Below, in pieces: positions 46,448 through 56,378 of a DNA stretch of 64,000 nucleotides; the first letter of the stretch is position 1; every line of letters begins with the position of its first letter. Below the pieces are notes generated by a model. The model was not told the DNA's origin. It did no database searches and saw only the letters and a list, made by a program, of their open reading frames with translations. This DNA is from a virus (Duplodnaviria; Caudoviricetes). The DNA lies in the IMG/VR virus record IMGVR_UViG_3300048819_000142, positions 32,001 through 96,000 of that record, one strand, 5' to 3'. Made by a program: the position numbers and the translations under genes.

Positions 46448-46997
46448 ACCGTTTCAGCATCTCCCTTTCGATGTCCTCCCAACTGTCGCAAAACCCCCTG
46501 ACATACAGGGGGGTGTCTTCCTTTCGAGCCTGAACATGCCATTGCCTTCGTCGAGGTTGCCACTGGTCTGTGTTGGCTGAATGAAACAGCCCTTCTTCAG
46601 CAGCAAGCATTGCTACTGGCTTGACTATGGAGCCTTCCCAAACTGCCCGACCGCCTACCTCAACAAACAAGTCAGCGGCTTCTGACCACTGGTGCCATGA
46701 TTGGCCCGGTAAATGTTCCGTTGCGGGAGGACCAAGTCCCGCATATTCCGGCTTAAACAAGGTGGCGAGGACGGGAGCCGTAGGCTTAAGTATCCGTCGC
46801 CGCTTGTCGACTTCTTCCTCAGACCTCGATCTGCACCATAGGCGAGCCTGAGACTCAGGTCCTCGAACTGTGGGTCCTACCCTAAGCTCGATTCCTCGAG
46901 GTTTTGCCCGCTCGAGCAGCCGGATCAGTTTTTGCTGGAACGCTGATTCCAACAGATCCAGACTTTTCGATTCCAACGACTTGTCCAGCAGCATCAT
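46437..46997 (-). CDS. M15-family peptidoglycan peptidase-like protein
   Basis: R...Q.RL...RS, PGQSWHQW.EAAD, WHVQ Zn-ligand pattern. Confidence 0.7.
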   Translation of the reverse strand: MMLLDKSLESKSLDLLESAFQQKLIRLLERAKPRGIELRVGPTVRGPESQARLWCRSRSEEEVDKRRRILKPTAPVLATLFKPEYAGLGPPATEHLPGQSWHQWSEAADLFVEVGGRAVWEGSIVKPVAMLAAEEGLFHSANTDQWQPRRRQWHVQARKEDTPLYVRGFCDSWEDIEREMLKRYDF

Positions 46998-47241
46998 CAA
47001 GCAGCAGCCTTTGGCTTTTTGCAAAGCCTTTAAGGATGTCCTCCACCTTCGGCGAGATCTCATCCCATTCGAACATCTGTCCCTTCGTAATAAGGAGAAG
47101 ATACGGCATGACGTGCACTTGAGTCACGCCGCGAATCTCCAGCATAAGTAATCCGAATTCTCCCAATTCGTACCGAGTGTGGTAGGCCTTGACGTTGGGA
47201 TCCTGAGTCGGTTGTACCGATATTTCTGCTACAGTGGGCAC
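46882..47241 (-). CDS. Nfu/NifU N-terminal-domain protein
   Basis: VQPTQDPNVKAY...EIRGVTQVHV...LITK....EWDEI.PKV.DIL. Confidence 0.6.
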   Translation of the reverse strand: MPTVAEISVQPTQDPNVKAYHTRYELGEFGLLMLEIRGVTQVHVMPYLLLITKGQMFEWDEISPKVEDILKGFAKSQRLLLDDAAGQVVGIEKSGSVGISVPAKTDPAARAGKTSRNRA

Positions 47242-47501
47242 ACAGTCCCTCCTAAGACTATAATACTACAGATTTTTAATGTCCACTCGGCAAAATTACT
47301 TCCAAGTTTCGGAGTATTTGGACAAGGCGTCAACTCGAGCAATCACTCTCTCTGACGCCTTGTGCATTTCTTCTGCCAAGGAGGCCATTCGCGATTCATC
47401 TCTCGTCATTCTCGCGATACCCATGGTGTGGTTCAACCCGTCAAAATGGTTGAGTTCCTGGTTAATGTCGCTGATGAGGCCACGAATTGAGGAGGAGTTG
47501 A

Positions 47502-48098
47502 TCAGAAAGGCATGACGCCCGGGGGAACCTGTTTCCTCACCACGAATTCGATCGCGCATTCGGCATCTCCCAGAGTCTGATCCTGCCCTGCCTTGGTCTT
47601 ATCCCACCCCTCGGTAAGGAGGGTTATGTGCTCGACGTCAACTGGATGTTTCCAGAGCATCGCTGGAACATTGATGCTGCCTGGAATAATTGGCATCGCC
47701 CGCATGGTGAAGCTCACTTTGTGATCCGGGTTCCAGCGGGACGGCCACCTGCCATACTCGTACAGGAGTTCCTCAGGAATGGTGCAGATAATAAAGCCGC
47801 CAGGCTTCAAGATTCTTAGCCAATTGGTGAGGGATGACCTGGTGTTGTGCAGGTGCTCCAGACAGTGCGAGCTGTGGATGAAGTCGAACTCGCCGTCCTT
47901 GATGTCCGGAAGGTATTGGCCGTCCGCGCTCGAGCTTAACTCCTTGTCGTATGGCACGACCTCGGTAATGAGGGGCCAATCTTCCTTCTTGAGGGGATCA
48001 GGCCCACAACCGATATCGATTCCTCGACCCACAAACCAGCGGTTTGTGAACCGCCAATCATTCTTTCGTCGCCTTGCGGCTTTGCTGGCTTCTTCCAT
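47502..48098 (-). CDS. SAM-dependent methyltransferase
   Basis: GIDIGCG, FDFIHSSHCLEH, RILKPGG. Confidence 0.85.
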   Translation of the reverse strand: MEEASKAARRRKNDWRFTNRWFVGRGIDIGCGPDPLKKEDWPLITEVVPYDKELSSSADGQYLPDIKDGEFDFIHSSHCLEHLHNTRSSLTNWLRILKPGGFIICTIPEELLYEYGRWPSRWNPDHKVSFTMRAMPIIPGSINVPAMLWKHPVDVEHITLLTEGWDKTKAGQDQTLGDAECAIEFVVRKQVPPGVMPF

Positions 48099-48444
48099 TT
48101 TCCACCTTCCTTGAATCTTCTTTCCTATACACATCCTCGTCATGATGTGTAGTTGATGCCTCAATGACTCGCGATGTCGCGGTCAAGGACATAAAACGAT
48201 GGTAGATTCCGGGCCGGATGGTGAACGAATCCCCAGCCCTCATCAGCAGTGCCCTGCTTCCTACCTGTAGCGAAACCATGCCTTGCTGTATCAGGAAGGT
48301 CTCGCGCTTGATCTTGTGCATGTGGAGCGACGACATGTAACCGCTCTTAAGTATGAGCGTCTTCATGCAGTAGTGCTCCGAGTTGTGATGCCAGATTTCC
48401 CTGCCCCAGAGCTTTCTCACCTTCTTGCATTGGTTCACTGTCAC
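48058..48444 (-). CDS. Cupin (sugar isomerase-like)
   Basis: K.WGRE, SLHMH..KRETF, IRPG.YHRF, EAST.H.DED. Confidence 0.8.
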   Translation of the reverse strand: MTVNQCKKVRKLWGREIWHHNSEHYCMKTLILKSGYMSSLHMHKIKRETFLIQQGMVSLQVGSRALLMRAGDSFTIRPGIYHRFMSLTATSRVIEASTTHHDEDVYRKEDSRKVENGRSQQSRKATKE

Positions 48445-49241
48445 TTGATTATTCCCCCAATGATTGGTGCTGCAGCTTTGGCCGCTTCAATTAGCTGTTG
48501 CAGCAGCCATTTGACTTGTCCAGCCTTCTTGCGAAGATCCCTTGTTGCAAGGTCAATGGTCTTAACGGTCTCAGCTGCATGTTCTGTTCCCATCTTAACT
48601 GAAGCAGACGTGTCGTCCAAATTCGACAATATGTCAGTTATCTGTTTGCTGGATATCAGGGCCTGCATGGCCTGAAGAGTTTTAGTTATTTCGGGGGATT
48701 GCTCCTTGATCTGTTGGTCGAGCGTATTCTCGAGCGCTGTCAACTCCTCCAACGCGAGACCTGCCTTCTTAACGGTGTCGTTCGACGACTTGACCATCTC
48801 ATCGGCATCCTTACCAACATCCTTGACGACCTTGTCGAGGTCTTTGATCGTCGTGTCAAGGTCGTTGATGGCGGTTTTTGCTGTTGTTAAGAGATCAGTC
48901 GCAGCCTTAGCTGCGAGAACCGTGTTGTTTGACGCGTCAACGCTCGACTTGGACGCAGCAACCAATGCCTTGCTTACCTCAGGAGCAGCCTGTGCCACAG
49001 CCCCCATTGAGGCTTTGGTTGAACCTGCGACAGCGAGTATTGTCGAAGGAAGACAGGAAGGATTGCCCTTCACCTTACCGTCGACTGTGACCGTGCAGTC
49101 AAACAGTTGAGCAGAAGCCAAGTCAAGTCGTTTCTCCATTGGTAGCGATCTAACTACCCCAATGCCAACAGCAACAGTCACGCCGATTATGCAGACACCT
49201 TCGACGCACTTTATCCACCAGTATGCTTTTCTTGGGTTCAT
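48441..49241 (-). CDS. Membrane-anchored coiled-coil protein
   Basis: N-terminal TM helix, long A/T/D/K heptad region. Confidence 0.6.
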   Translation of the reverse strand: MNPRKAYWWIKCVEGVCIIGVTVAVGIGVVRSLPMEKRLDLASAQLFDCTVTVDGKVKGNPSCLPSTILAVAGSTKASMGAVAQAAPEVSKALVAASKSSVDASNNTVLAAKAATDLLTTAKTAINDLDTTIKDLDKVVKDVGKDADEMVKSSNDTVKKAGLALEELTALENTLDQQIKEQSPEITKTLQAMQALISSKQITDILSNLDDTSASVKMGTEHAAETVKTIDLATRDLRKKAGQVKWLLQQLIEAAKAAAPIIGGIIK

Positions 49242-49918
49242 GTTTTCCTCGCAACAGTAAAGCCCCTCGGGCCCTCAAGGTGCACAGCCATCTCTTCGTC
49301 CTTCATGCAGGCACGAAGCCATTGTTCAGCAAACGTATCATGCACAACGAACGTTGCCCCAGACTTGACCTTTTTCACTTCCTCGACGCGGGACGCGCAC
49401 GCGAAGCCAGGGGACGTTCTGGACGACTGATAGCTCGAGTCTATGTACACCAGGTCCGCTTCCTCTAATTCAGGGACCTTAAGCGCTGGTGACCAGAGAA
49501 CTTCCACTGGTAGCCCCTCGCAGACTTTCTCCGCGTAATCAGTCATCCTATGGTCAGTATCACACGTTACTACTCGGCCGAAACCATTCACCCAGCAGGC
49601 TGCACCTAGTGCCCTTGACAAGAGGCCGACGTTTGTACCTGACTCGAACACAAGCTTGGGCTTAAGCTGAACAACGAGACCAAACATGAACACCAGCATT
49701 TCAAGTTCAGACTGAATGATGTGGCGAGGATCAAGATAACCAGCAGAACCCAGCGTGCCAACATGCCATGGGTTAGGAAAGTCTGCCGTAACAGGCATTC
49801 CCCAATACTTTTCGTCGATGCTCCTCGAATCGTGGAAAGACTCGCATGGCGCGACGTCAGTAACTCCTATCGCGAGGGCAAAACCTGCATGCAGTCGTCT
49901 CAAGTAATCCAAGCTCAT
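49238..49918 (-). CDS. Class I methyltransferase-like protein
   Basis: KPKLVFESGTNVGL, VTCD, DLVYIDS, VVHDT. Confidence 0.7.
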   Translation of the reverse strand: MSLDYLRRLHAGFALAIGVTDVAPCESFHDSRSIDEKYWGMPVTADFPNPWHVGTLGSAGYLDPRHIIQSELEMLVFMFGLVVQLKPKLVFESGTNVGLLSRALGAACWVNGFGRVVTCDTDHRMTDYAEKVCEGLPVEVLWSPALKVPELEEADLVYIDSSYQSSRTSPGFACASRVEEVKKVKSGATFVVHDTFAEQWLRACMKDEEMAVHLEGPRGFTVARKT

Positions 49919-50769
49919 TTCGGAAACCACCTCCAATATTCTGACGCCATCCAGTCGTCGATCTTCATCAGTTCTTCATGTGGCAATTTTCCAACCACCC
50001 GGAATCCACCAGCATACGTTCCGTCGCTGATGATCAGATCTTTCTGCGTCTTCGCAAAGGAGGCTGGAGTCTCGTGCATGCCAATCTCCCCAATGTTCTG
50101 ACACCGCGATACTACAGGGTGCAGGGATTTCTTCCTCGCCAATCGCATGTTGTACGAGAGTGAAAAATCCCACCCGTTAGGACCCAGGAACTTCGTGCAC
50201 CACGTGGCTTTGACGAACGGCCACTGGTGCTTGGACAGCGCCCAAGCAAACGGCGCCGTGATAAATGGCGACTCTACGACGAAGGACGGATCATCGGGTA
50301 TTTCGCCGGGATTTTGACCGTGGCCGAAACCCCTGTGATTGCACAACGAGGCGAGGACGTAGTCCGACAGGGGTCCGCCGTGTCGCTCTTGAAACCAGTT
50401 AGCGAAATGAAGCGAATCCAGCGTGAGTTTAGCATCGTCCTCTATGAGGACGTTGAAGTCTGACTCGTGCTCTTCAAATGCCCTCGAGAGTGCTGCGTGG
50501 TGGTTGCCTCCGACTCCCTCGCGTGACTGGTTAACATAGATGAAACACTCTGCCAGTCCCTCATTTGAAATGATCTCCGCAGCCTTCTCGCAAAGCTTCT
50601 CAGTGCCGGGTTCAACATTTCCGAAGCTATCAACGTCGATAGACATGATCAGCTTGTCGAATCCCCGACGCCCCGATTCTGCCAGAGTAAGCAACGCGAG
50701 CGTTAGTCCAGACAGTGCCTCAGCTGTGTAAACAGGACGGCTCGATGCTACAAGTGAGATGGTCCTCAT
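49915..50769 (-). CDS. GT-A glycosyltransferase
   Basis: SRP.Y..EAL, SID, LIEDDA, GWD, P..SRCQNIG..G. Confidence 0.75.
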   Translation of the reverse strand: MRTISLVASSRPVYTAEALSGLTLALLTLAESGRRGFDKLIMSIDVDSFGNVEPGTEKLCEKAAEIISNEGLAECFIYVNQSREGVGGNHHAALSRAFEEHESDFNVLIEDDAKLTLDSLHFANWFQERHGGPLSDYVLASLCNHRGFGHGQNPGEIPDDPSFVVESPFITAPFAWALSKHQWPFVKATWCTKFLGPNGWDFSLSYNMRLARKKSLHPVVSRCQNIGEIGMHETPASFAKTQKDLIISDGTYAGGFRVVGKLPHEELMKIDDWMASEYWRWFPK

Positions 50770-51626
50770 TCGTCGAGCTCCTTCGGTCTTCCAAAGCCAA
50801 GCCAACCGTCGTACAGCTTGGCTGGGGTTTGGTCTATTTCGTCCCGCATCCAGTCGTCGATCTTCCTCGTCTCGTCGTCACTGATCGTCCTGATGATACG
50901 GTAGTCACCAGTGTACGTGCCGTCGCTGAACTTCATTCCTCTCTGTGTAGCGTCCCAGGTTTCTGGTGTCTCATTCGTCCCAGCCTCACGCCCGATGTTC
51001 TCACACCTTGAAAGCCAGGGCGCCATGAACTTGAAGCCATGCAGTCTGGCAGCATACGTCATTGACCAAGACCACCCGCATGGGTGGTAGTTTTTGTTGC
51101 ACCAGATTTTCTTTAAGAATTCCCAGTGTCGCTTGTTAACTACATAGCCGAACGGGCACGTGATGAGGTTATACTCAGAGATTGAGGCGGGGTATTCGTC
51201 TTGCCTCACTCCGCCTTTATCACCGTGAGCAGCCAGGCTGAACGCAAGAACATCGTTGGCCTCGAGCGAACAAAACCATTCTGCCAGTAATAAGGCGTCA
51301 GGTTTAAGCACTGCGTCATCCTCGAGCATTAGTACGTTCTCGGCACCAAGGTCGAAAGCTCGCTTCATGGCAAGAACAGTATTCCCAACAATACCGCGCT
51401 TATGCGGTTGACCGTCGACAACTACCTCAAGTATACCTCGCCGTGACTTTTCCCAACGCTTGAGGTGGTGGTAACACCTTGTGCCCTGTCCTGGCGCGTC
51501 ATCGACCGAGCACACCACTCGATCAACTATCTGCTGGAATCCCCGACAATTCTCAAGGGCGGTAAGGGCTTCTTTGAGGTAACTCGGTCTGTTGTAGGCG
51601 ATCAACGCCACAGTTATTTTTTGCAC
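50766..51626 (-). CDS. GT-A glycosyltransferase (paralogue of 49915..50769)
   Basis: YNRP.YL.EAL, SVDD, MLEDDA, SRCENIG; shared SDGTY.G...KIDDWM C-terminus. Confidence 0.78.
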   Translation of the reverse strand: MQKITVALIAYNRPSYLKEALTALENCRGFQQIVDRVVCSVDDAPGQGTRCYHHLKRWEKSRRGILEVVVDGQPHKRGIVGNTVLAMKRAFDLGAENVLMLEDDAVLKPDALLLAEWFCSLEANDVLAFSLAAHGDKGGVRQDEYPASISEYNLITCPFGYVVNKRHWEFLKKIWCNKNYHPCGWSWSMTYAARLHGFKFMAPWLSRCENIGREAGTNETPETWDATQRGMKFSDGTYTGDYRIIRTISDDETRKIDDWMRDEIDQTPAKLYDGWLGFGRPKELDE

Positions 51627-52192
51627 GTGACCTCCGCGACACGCCTGATGGCTTCTTCGCCCATCTTGATATGATCTGTTTGCTTGTACAGCCTGTCATC
51701 GCCGGTTGCCCACGGAAGATTCCTAAACGGGATGGCCACAACCTTTACCACGTCTGTATTCATCGCAGTAAAGATCCTGCCAGGCTCCCTCCAGGTGACC
51801 ATGTCAATCGGGAACTGTTTCCAGTACTTCTCGAACGTCGACTTTATCATGCGTCGCTCGAATACCGAGCCAAACCCCATGAGTTTGTCAGTCCTGTTAG
51901 CGTAATTAGCTGCGTGCCCATCAGTTCCCAGGTTGCAGACGATCTTGCCAGGCTCCCACTCCGCCACTATATCAGTTGGCGATGTGACGCAGTCATCGTC
52001 CTGAAAATAAACAAGGGACGATTTGGCAAGGTAGCAAGCAGCAAGGAACTGACCGAATGGTCCCATGTTCGGACCAAGCGAGTTATCCCAAACCACTACC
52101 TCCTTGAATCTCTTCAAGGTGTTCCTGATCGGTTGGATATCGACATTTCCGCGAGTAACGATCACCGCGCTAGTTTCAAGCGTTGCCTGCAT
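51614..52192 (-). CDS. GT-A glycosyltransferase-like protein
   Basis: VVVWDNS, VYFQDDD (DxD). Confidence 0.7.
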   Translation of the reverse strand: MQATLETSAVIVTRGNVDIQPIRNTLKRFKEVVVWDNSLGPNMGPFGQFLAACYLAKSSLVYFQDDDCVTSPTDIVAEWEPGKIVCNLGTDGHAANYANRTDKLMGFGSVFERRMIKSTFEKYWKQFPIDMVTWREPGRIFTAMNTDVVKVVAIPFRNLPWATGDDRLYKQTDHIKMGEEAIRRVAEVTCKK

Positions 52193-52748
52193 TGTTCCTC
52201 GCTATTACGACCCCATGCGGGCCGAATTCTTTCTTCTCGAATGACACACCAAGGTTGGAATATAGCCTCAGATAATCGTGGTGAAAGCAGTGTTTTGCCA
52301 CGCGTTGTCCGGAAAACCAGGCTGTGTCATAATCATGCACGAGAATCGGTGCAGCCTCAAGTAACTTAGACACGACCTGCCTGACTCTTACCTTTGGGAT
52401 GTGGAGCAAAACTTCACATGCTACAACAACATCCGCTTTTGGGAGGGATTCATGGGAGAACAGGTTGTGTTGAAAGAATTCTGCGGGATGTCCCTCGCAG
52501 TACTGCCTCGCATTCTCCACCTGGTCCTTACTGATATCGACGCCAATGAACCTCTTACCGCAATTGTAGATGGACAACTGTCTCGTGAGCCTACCAAAGC
52601 CACACCCTACCTCCAGCACAGTAACTGGTCGCACTGATCGGACCGCAGCGCACAGGATTTCTTCCTGATCTCTGTAGAACTCATCATTGAGTCGAGCTTC
52701 TTCGATGTAGGTCTTACCACGATCTTTCCAATACTTCGCCGTGTTCAA
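52176..52748 (-). CDS. SAM-dependent methyltransferase
   Basis: YW..RG, VLEVGCGFGR, GVDIS, EVLLHI. Confidence 0.82.
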   Translation of the reverse strand: MNTAKYWKDRGKTYIEEARLNDEFYRDQEEILCAAVRSVRPVTVLEVGCGFGRLTRQLSIYNCGKRFIGVDISKDQVENARQYCEGHPAEFFQHNLFSHESLPKADVVVACEVLLHIPKVRVRQVVSKLLEAAPILVHDYDTAWFSGQRVAKHCFHHDYLRLYSNLGVSFEKKEFGPHGVVIARNNAGNA

Positions 52749-52750
52749 AG

Positions 52751-53497
52751 TCAGACCCTCGCTGCCAATAGCTTTTCTGCCTGGTGCCTCTTCCAGAGGC
52801 TTGAGTCCAAGCTCACGTCTCCAGGAATGCGAAACTCCCGAAACTCCTCTCGAAACATGGCGCCGGTAACTGGAGACTGGAGCACTGCTAGGTCGAGGAC
52901 GCTCTTCCTCGGACCGCCAATGTGCAGAATCCCACGCAAACCCCTGTCAAGGGCAGCTTCTCGAATGTCGATTGCTACTTCAGGAATAAATCTTGCACTG
53001 ACGAATTGATCAACGAATGCCCTGGGATATTTCCACGGTCCGTTGTACCTAAACGGTGCCCGAAGCACAAGTGCGTCTGTGTCACGGTTCACGAGGACTA
53101 CGGCCTCGCCCACAGCCTTAGTTAGCCCGTAATAATTCACTGGGTCAGGGGGCTCACTCTCACTGTAGTTTCCGCGGTCTCCACTGAAAACATAATCTGT
53201 GGAGATGTGGACTACACGAATACCAGTGACCCGACACGCGAGCGCGACGTTCGCTGCGCCATTAACATTCGTGTCCCATGCCAGCTTGTGGTCTCGCTCA
53301 GACTCCAGACTCAAGACGCCAGCACAGTTGATGACGATGTCCGGCTTGTTGATGTTGAGCGCCGTTGACACCTTGACAACGTCTCGCACGTCAAGTTGAC
53401 TCTTGCCGAAGGCAACCACCTCATGCCCTGCCTTACGTATAGTGGACCTGAGTTCAGCAGCGAGTTTTCCCTGCCCGCCTGTTAAAAGAAATCTCAC
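52751..53497 (-). CDS. rfbD: dTDP-4-dehydrorhamnose reductase-like SDR
   Basis: LTGGQGKLA, VINCA, HISTDYVF.G..G.Y.E, PVNYYGLTK. Confidence 0.85.
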   Translation of the reverse strand: MRFLLTGGQGKLAAELRSTIRKAGHEVVAFGKSQLDVRDVVKVSTALNINKPDIVINCAGVLSLESERDHKLAWDTNVNGAANVALACRVTGIRVVHISTDYVFSGDRGNYSESEPPDPVNYYGLTKAVGEAVVLVNRDTDALVLRAPFRYNGPWKYPRAFVDQFVSARFIPEVAIDIREAALDRGLRGILHIGGPRKSVLDLAVLQSPVTGAMFREEFREFRIPGDVSLDSSLWKRHQAEKLLAARV

Positions 53498-53598
53498 CGT
53501 CTCCTCCCGAGTTGGCCAAGTATAAGGTAGAGCGCAACTGCCAAGCCAACGGCTTCCGTTGGCCGAGCGGCTATTGCATCGAGTACGTCTTTCAGCAT
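53494..53598 (-). CDS. 34-aa single-TM peptide (not in ORF track)
   Basis: MLKDVLDAIAARPTEAVGLAVALYLILGQLGRRR; overlaps both neighbours' start/stop. Confidence 0.45.
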   Translation of the reverse strand: MLKDVLDAIAARPTEAVGLAVALYLILGQLGRRR

Positions 53599-54296
53599 AC
53601 TGTTACTGGCCATCTCCTCGTTTGGTTAAAGTGAAACATCATGGCTTCCTTGCCAGCCACTATGTCGAGCAAGGAGCCGTCCGACCTGATCTTGATGTAC
53701 GGGAGCTCAGACTCCTGGTGACGGCGGTGCAAGCGACTAACGTGGTCATGCGTCTGAAAGAATCCTGATCCCATGACGATGCGTCCGTCCAACACACGAT
53801 CCTGCACAGCCAGGTTAAAATCTCGCTCATCCCAGCCCAGGAAGTCTGGAGTCCGGACGTTGCGCCTCCACGTCGGGACCTGCTCATACAGCTTGTTGAT
53901 CCTTTCGGTGTTCTTGTAGACTGTGAAGGGTCCGCATATGGCGCCCGGATCATTTGCGAAGATGTCAAGGTTCTCGAGGAAGGAGTCTGGGATCCAGCGG
54001 TCGAGCCTGCCATACACGGCGTCGAGATTGTAGTGCCCCCAGTAGTCGAACCCCTTGATCTGGTCCTCAAATACTTTTCCTATGAACGGGTCAAAGTCCC
54101 CAGCCTTCCTCGTGTTCTCGTAGATGGCTGGGCGCATGCCAACCTTCTCCTCGAACTGTTTGCGATAGTAATCGATGTTTGTCACGAGTAAGAAGTGCCA
54201 CCCGTATTCTTCGAGGAAAGTCACGTGGTTCACGAACTGCTGTGTCCATGGCGGTAGGTCACCGAACCATGTCCTGATCATCAGCTTCTTAAGCAC
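53592..54296 (-). CDS. DUF6625-like putative glycosyltransferase
   Basis: WFG.LP.W, K..DF.P..G..FED.I.GFDYWGH..LD.VYG. Confidence 0.65.
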   Translation of the reverse strand: MLKKLMIRTWFGDLPPWTQQFVNHVTFLEEYGWHFLLVTNIDYYRKQFEEKVGMRPAIYENTRKAGDFDPFIGKVFEDQIKGFDYWGHYNLDAVYGRLDRWIPDSFLENLDIFANDPGAICGPFTVYKNTERINKLYEQVPTWRRNVRTPDFLGWDERDFNLAVQDRVLDGRIVMGSGFFQTHDHVSRLHRRHQESELPYIKIRSDGSLLDIVAGKEAMMFHFNQTRRWPVTVC

Positions 54297-54843
54297 GGAA
54301 TTCCTCCTGACTACGCATGAAGTGTGGTACGCAGTCTGGAACCATAAACTGCGACCTGTAGCAGAGCAACGCGGCGAACTTCATCCTCACGTCGACCCCG
54401 TGCCTTGGGTGTACCTGGTTGCCGGACGTGGACTTTCCAGCCGACGTATAGGTTAAGTATCGAGTGACGTTGTCGAACGCATTGCGAGTCACAGCGTATG
54501 CAACAGCATTATGGTGCTTGTTACCGTCTATCTCGTACAAAGGCGCGTAAATCTGGTACTGTCGCCAGGGCTCGAGCAAGGGAGTAATGTCCTGGTGTCT
54601 GCAGGGATCGTCGTCGCGCATGCCAAGAAACGTCACCTGCTTCCCTGAGACTCCCATTAAGGCGAGGGCCGCGAGGGTCTCGTTCCTCCTGACTGTTGCT
54701 GTGCTTGCCTCATGCCCGCGAGATACCTGGACGAACGAATCGTACACCACGACTACCTCGATGTCCTGGTAGTTTTGCATGATGGTAAAGGCGCCGAATA
54801 GAGTTTCGTCGTCGTTGTGGGGCGACAAGAATACTTTTTTCAC
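54289..54843 (-). CDS. PIG-L/LmbE family deacetylase
   Basis: SPHNDDETL, RRNE...AL, FLG..D, H, K..AL.CY.SQ. Confidence 0.82.
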   Translation of the reverse strand: MKKVFLSPHNDDETLFGAFTIMQNYQDIEVVVVYDSFVQVSRGHEASTATVRRNETLAALALMGVSGKQVTFLGMRDDDPCRHQDITPLLEPWRQYQIYAPLYEIDGNKHHNAVAYAVTRNAFDNVTRYLTYTSAGKSTSGNQVHPRHGVDVRMKFAALLCYRSQFMVPDCVPHFMRSQEEFRA

Positions 54844-55667
54844 TGGTTCAAATCCTCCAAGAGCATTCGATATGTACGCTCATTGTTCGGAAACATATCT
54901 ACTGCCTCGTCGACTGTTGGCGCGTGTGTGTAAGGGTTGGCCACCGCGACCGCTGCCATTTCCATGGCGAAATTAGCTGCATCAAGCTCCAGTCCCTTGG
55001 TAGCCTTGTGCTCGTTCATTGACTTGATGTAGCAATACATCAAGCAAAATGATGCGATAACAGTATCGCCAGCTCCTGACACGTTCGACACGTGCCTGGC
55101 ATACGACCTGAAGACTTCTCCACGAAGACCTCCGCGAAAGAATTGCGCGCCATGACTTCCCTGCTTGATGAGCGTAAGTGGAGAATCCTTGTAGTCGAAT
55201 GCGTGCTTCGTGAACTCAAGTGCGTTTGGAAACATGCAAGCCGAGGCAGCTGCCCACGGATAGGGGGTGGCTTTGGTGTCCACAAAAATCGGACACCCGT
55301 ATTCCCGCACCCTCTTTACGTGCACCGGGAGAACAGATCCTTTTGCGTAATCCGACACTATTACAGCGTCGAACTTCTCATCCGGAAAATCGGACACAGG
55401 CATCAGTTCATCGCCTATGTCGAATCTGCAGATAACACCATCGTCGTCCAGGATCCTGTTTTTTGTGATCTGGCCCTTACCGCATAGTAGCACAACGTCC
55501 ACACCCCACACCTCGAGGTTCTTTGCAACGTTTGCAGCACCGCCTGGGAACTGAAGTTCCTGCTGGACATGCACGAGTGGGGCAGAGTGCTTTTCGGGAT
55601 TAAGCCTGTTCACCGAACCCTTCCAGTAAACGTCCGTCATCGCATCGCCAAAAACCAGCACCTTCAT
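54840..55667 (-). CDS. HldE/RfaE-type heptose-7-phosphate kinase (PfkB family)
   Basis: VFGDAMTDVY..G.VNRLNPE, PGGAANVA.NL, SDYAKG, VSGAGDTV. Confidence 0.85.
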   Translation of the reverse strand: MKVLVFGDAMTDVYWKGSVNRLNPEKHSAPLVHVQQELQFPGGAANVAKNLEVWGVDVVLLCGKGQITKNRILDDDGVICRFDIGDELMPVSDFPDEKFDAVIVSDYAKGSVLPVHVKRVREYGCPIFVDTKATPYPWAAASACMFPNALEFTKHAFDYKDSPLTLIKQGSHGAQFFRGGLRGEVFRSYARHVSNVSGAGDTVIASFCLMYCYIKSMNEHKATKGLELDAANFAMEMAAVAVANPYTHAPTVDEAVDMFPNNERTYRMLLEDLNQ

Positions 55668-55849
55668 GCAGTTCCCTCCCTCTTGTATTCGATTGTCCCT
55701 CGATGATCGGGGTGCTTCAATTTCCTATGCCTACCGGCCCACGACGTGAACTGTCTTGGGTTGAGGTACTTGTGCCTGACCTTACATAGTTGGCAGACGT
55801 GGTATTGAACCTCGCGCACGGAGTCTGGGGTCCTATGTGAGGCAGTCAT
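55664..55849 (-). CDS. Small Cys/His protein
   Basis: CQLC...H...H; overlaps neighbours. Confidence 0.45.
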   Translation of the reverse strand: MTASHRTPDSVREVQYHVCQLCKVRHKYLNPRQFTSWAGRHRKLKHPDHRGTIEYKREGTA

Positions 55850-56378
55850 TGAGGATGGCCTCCGCTGCGCAACCGAAGTGGTCGAACGTGCCAGAGGATA
55901 GCGGCGTTTCCTCCGTCCTATCAGACTTCACCATGTAACCCTTGCGAAGCTTAGCCGCGGCGCCTGCTTGGATATCCCTGGGATCATCACCTACCATGTA
56001 GGATTTCGACGGGTCGATACCGAATTCTTTCGCTGCGTCGAGGATCATTTTCGGGTGAGGTTTGCGGCACAAACACTTCGCTTGCAACGTGTGCGGACAA
56101 AAGTAGTACGCATCGATGAACGGGCCTCCCGCCTCCTTGATAAGGAAATCAAGCTGGTCGTGCATCTTCGATAGCGTATCCATCGTCATGTACCCAAGCC
56201 CAACTCCTCCCTGGTTTGTCACAACGATCAGCATGAAGCCTGCGTCCTTGAGTCGGCGAAGCCCAGTGGAAACCCCTTGTAGAAGTTCCACTTCCTCAGG
56301 ATTGTTCGCTGGTCGACCTGGGTACGTCCTAATGAGGGTACCGTCCCTATCGATAAATACCGCGCGACGATCAATCAT
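55833..56378 (-). CDS. gmhB: D,D-heptose 1,7-bisphosphate phosphatase (HAD IIIA)
   Basis: FIDRDGTL, VVTNQGGV, CPH...CLCRKP.P.M, MVGD..DI.AG. Confidence 0.88.
   Translation of the reverse strand: MIDRRAVFIDRDGTLIRTYPGRPANNPEEVELLQGVSTGLRRLKDAGFMLIVVTNQGGVGLGYMTMDTLSKMHDQLDFLIKEAGGPFIDAYYFCPHTLQAKCLCRKPHPKMILDAAKEFGIDPSKSYMVGDDPRDIQAGAAAKLRKGYMVKSDRTEETPLSSGTFDHFGCAAEAILNDCLT

Noticed and set aside
49388-49425. Apparent ~11-aa insertion (SRTSPGFACAS) in the methyltransferase with three GGACG copies
   Set aside because: Cannot distinguish a natural loop from an artefact without homologues or reads.
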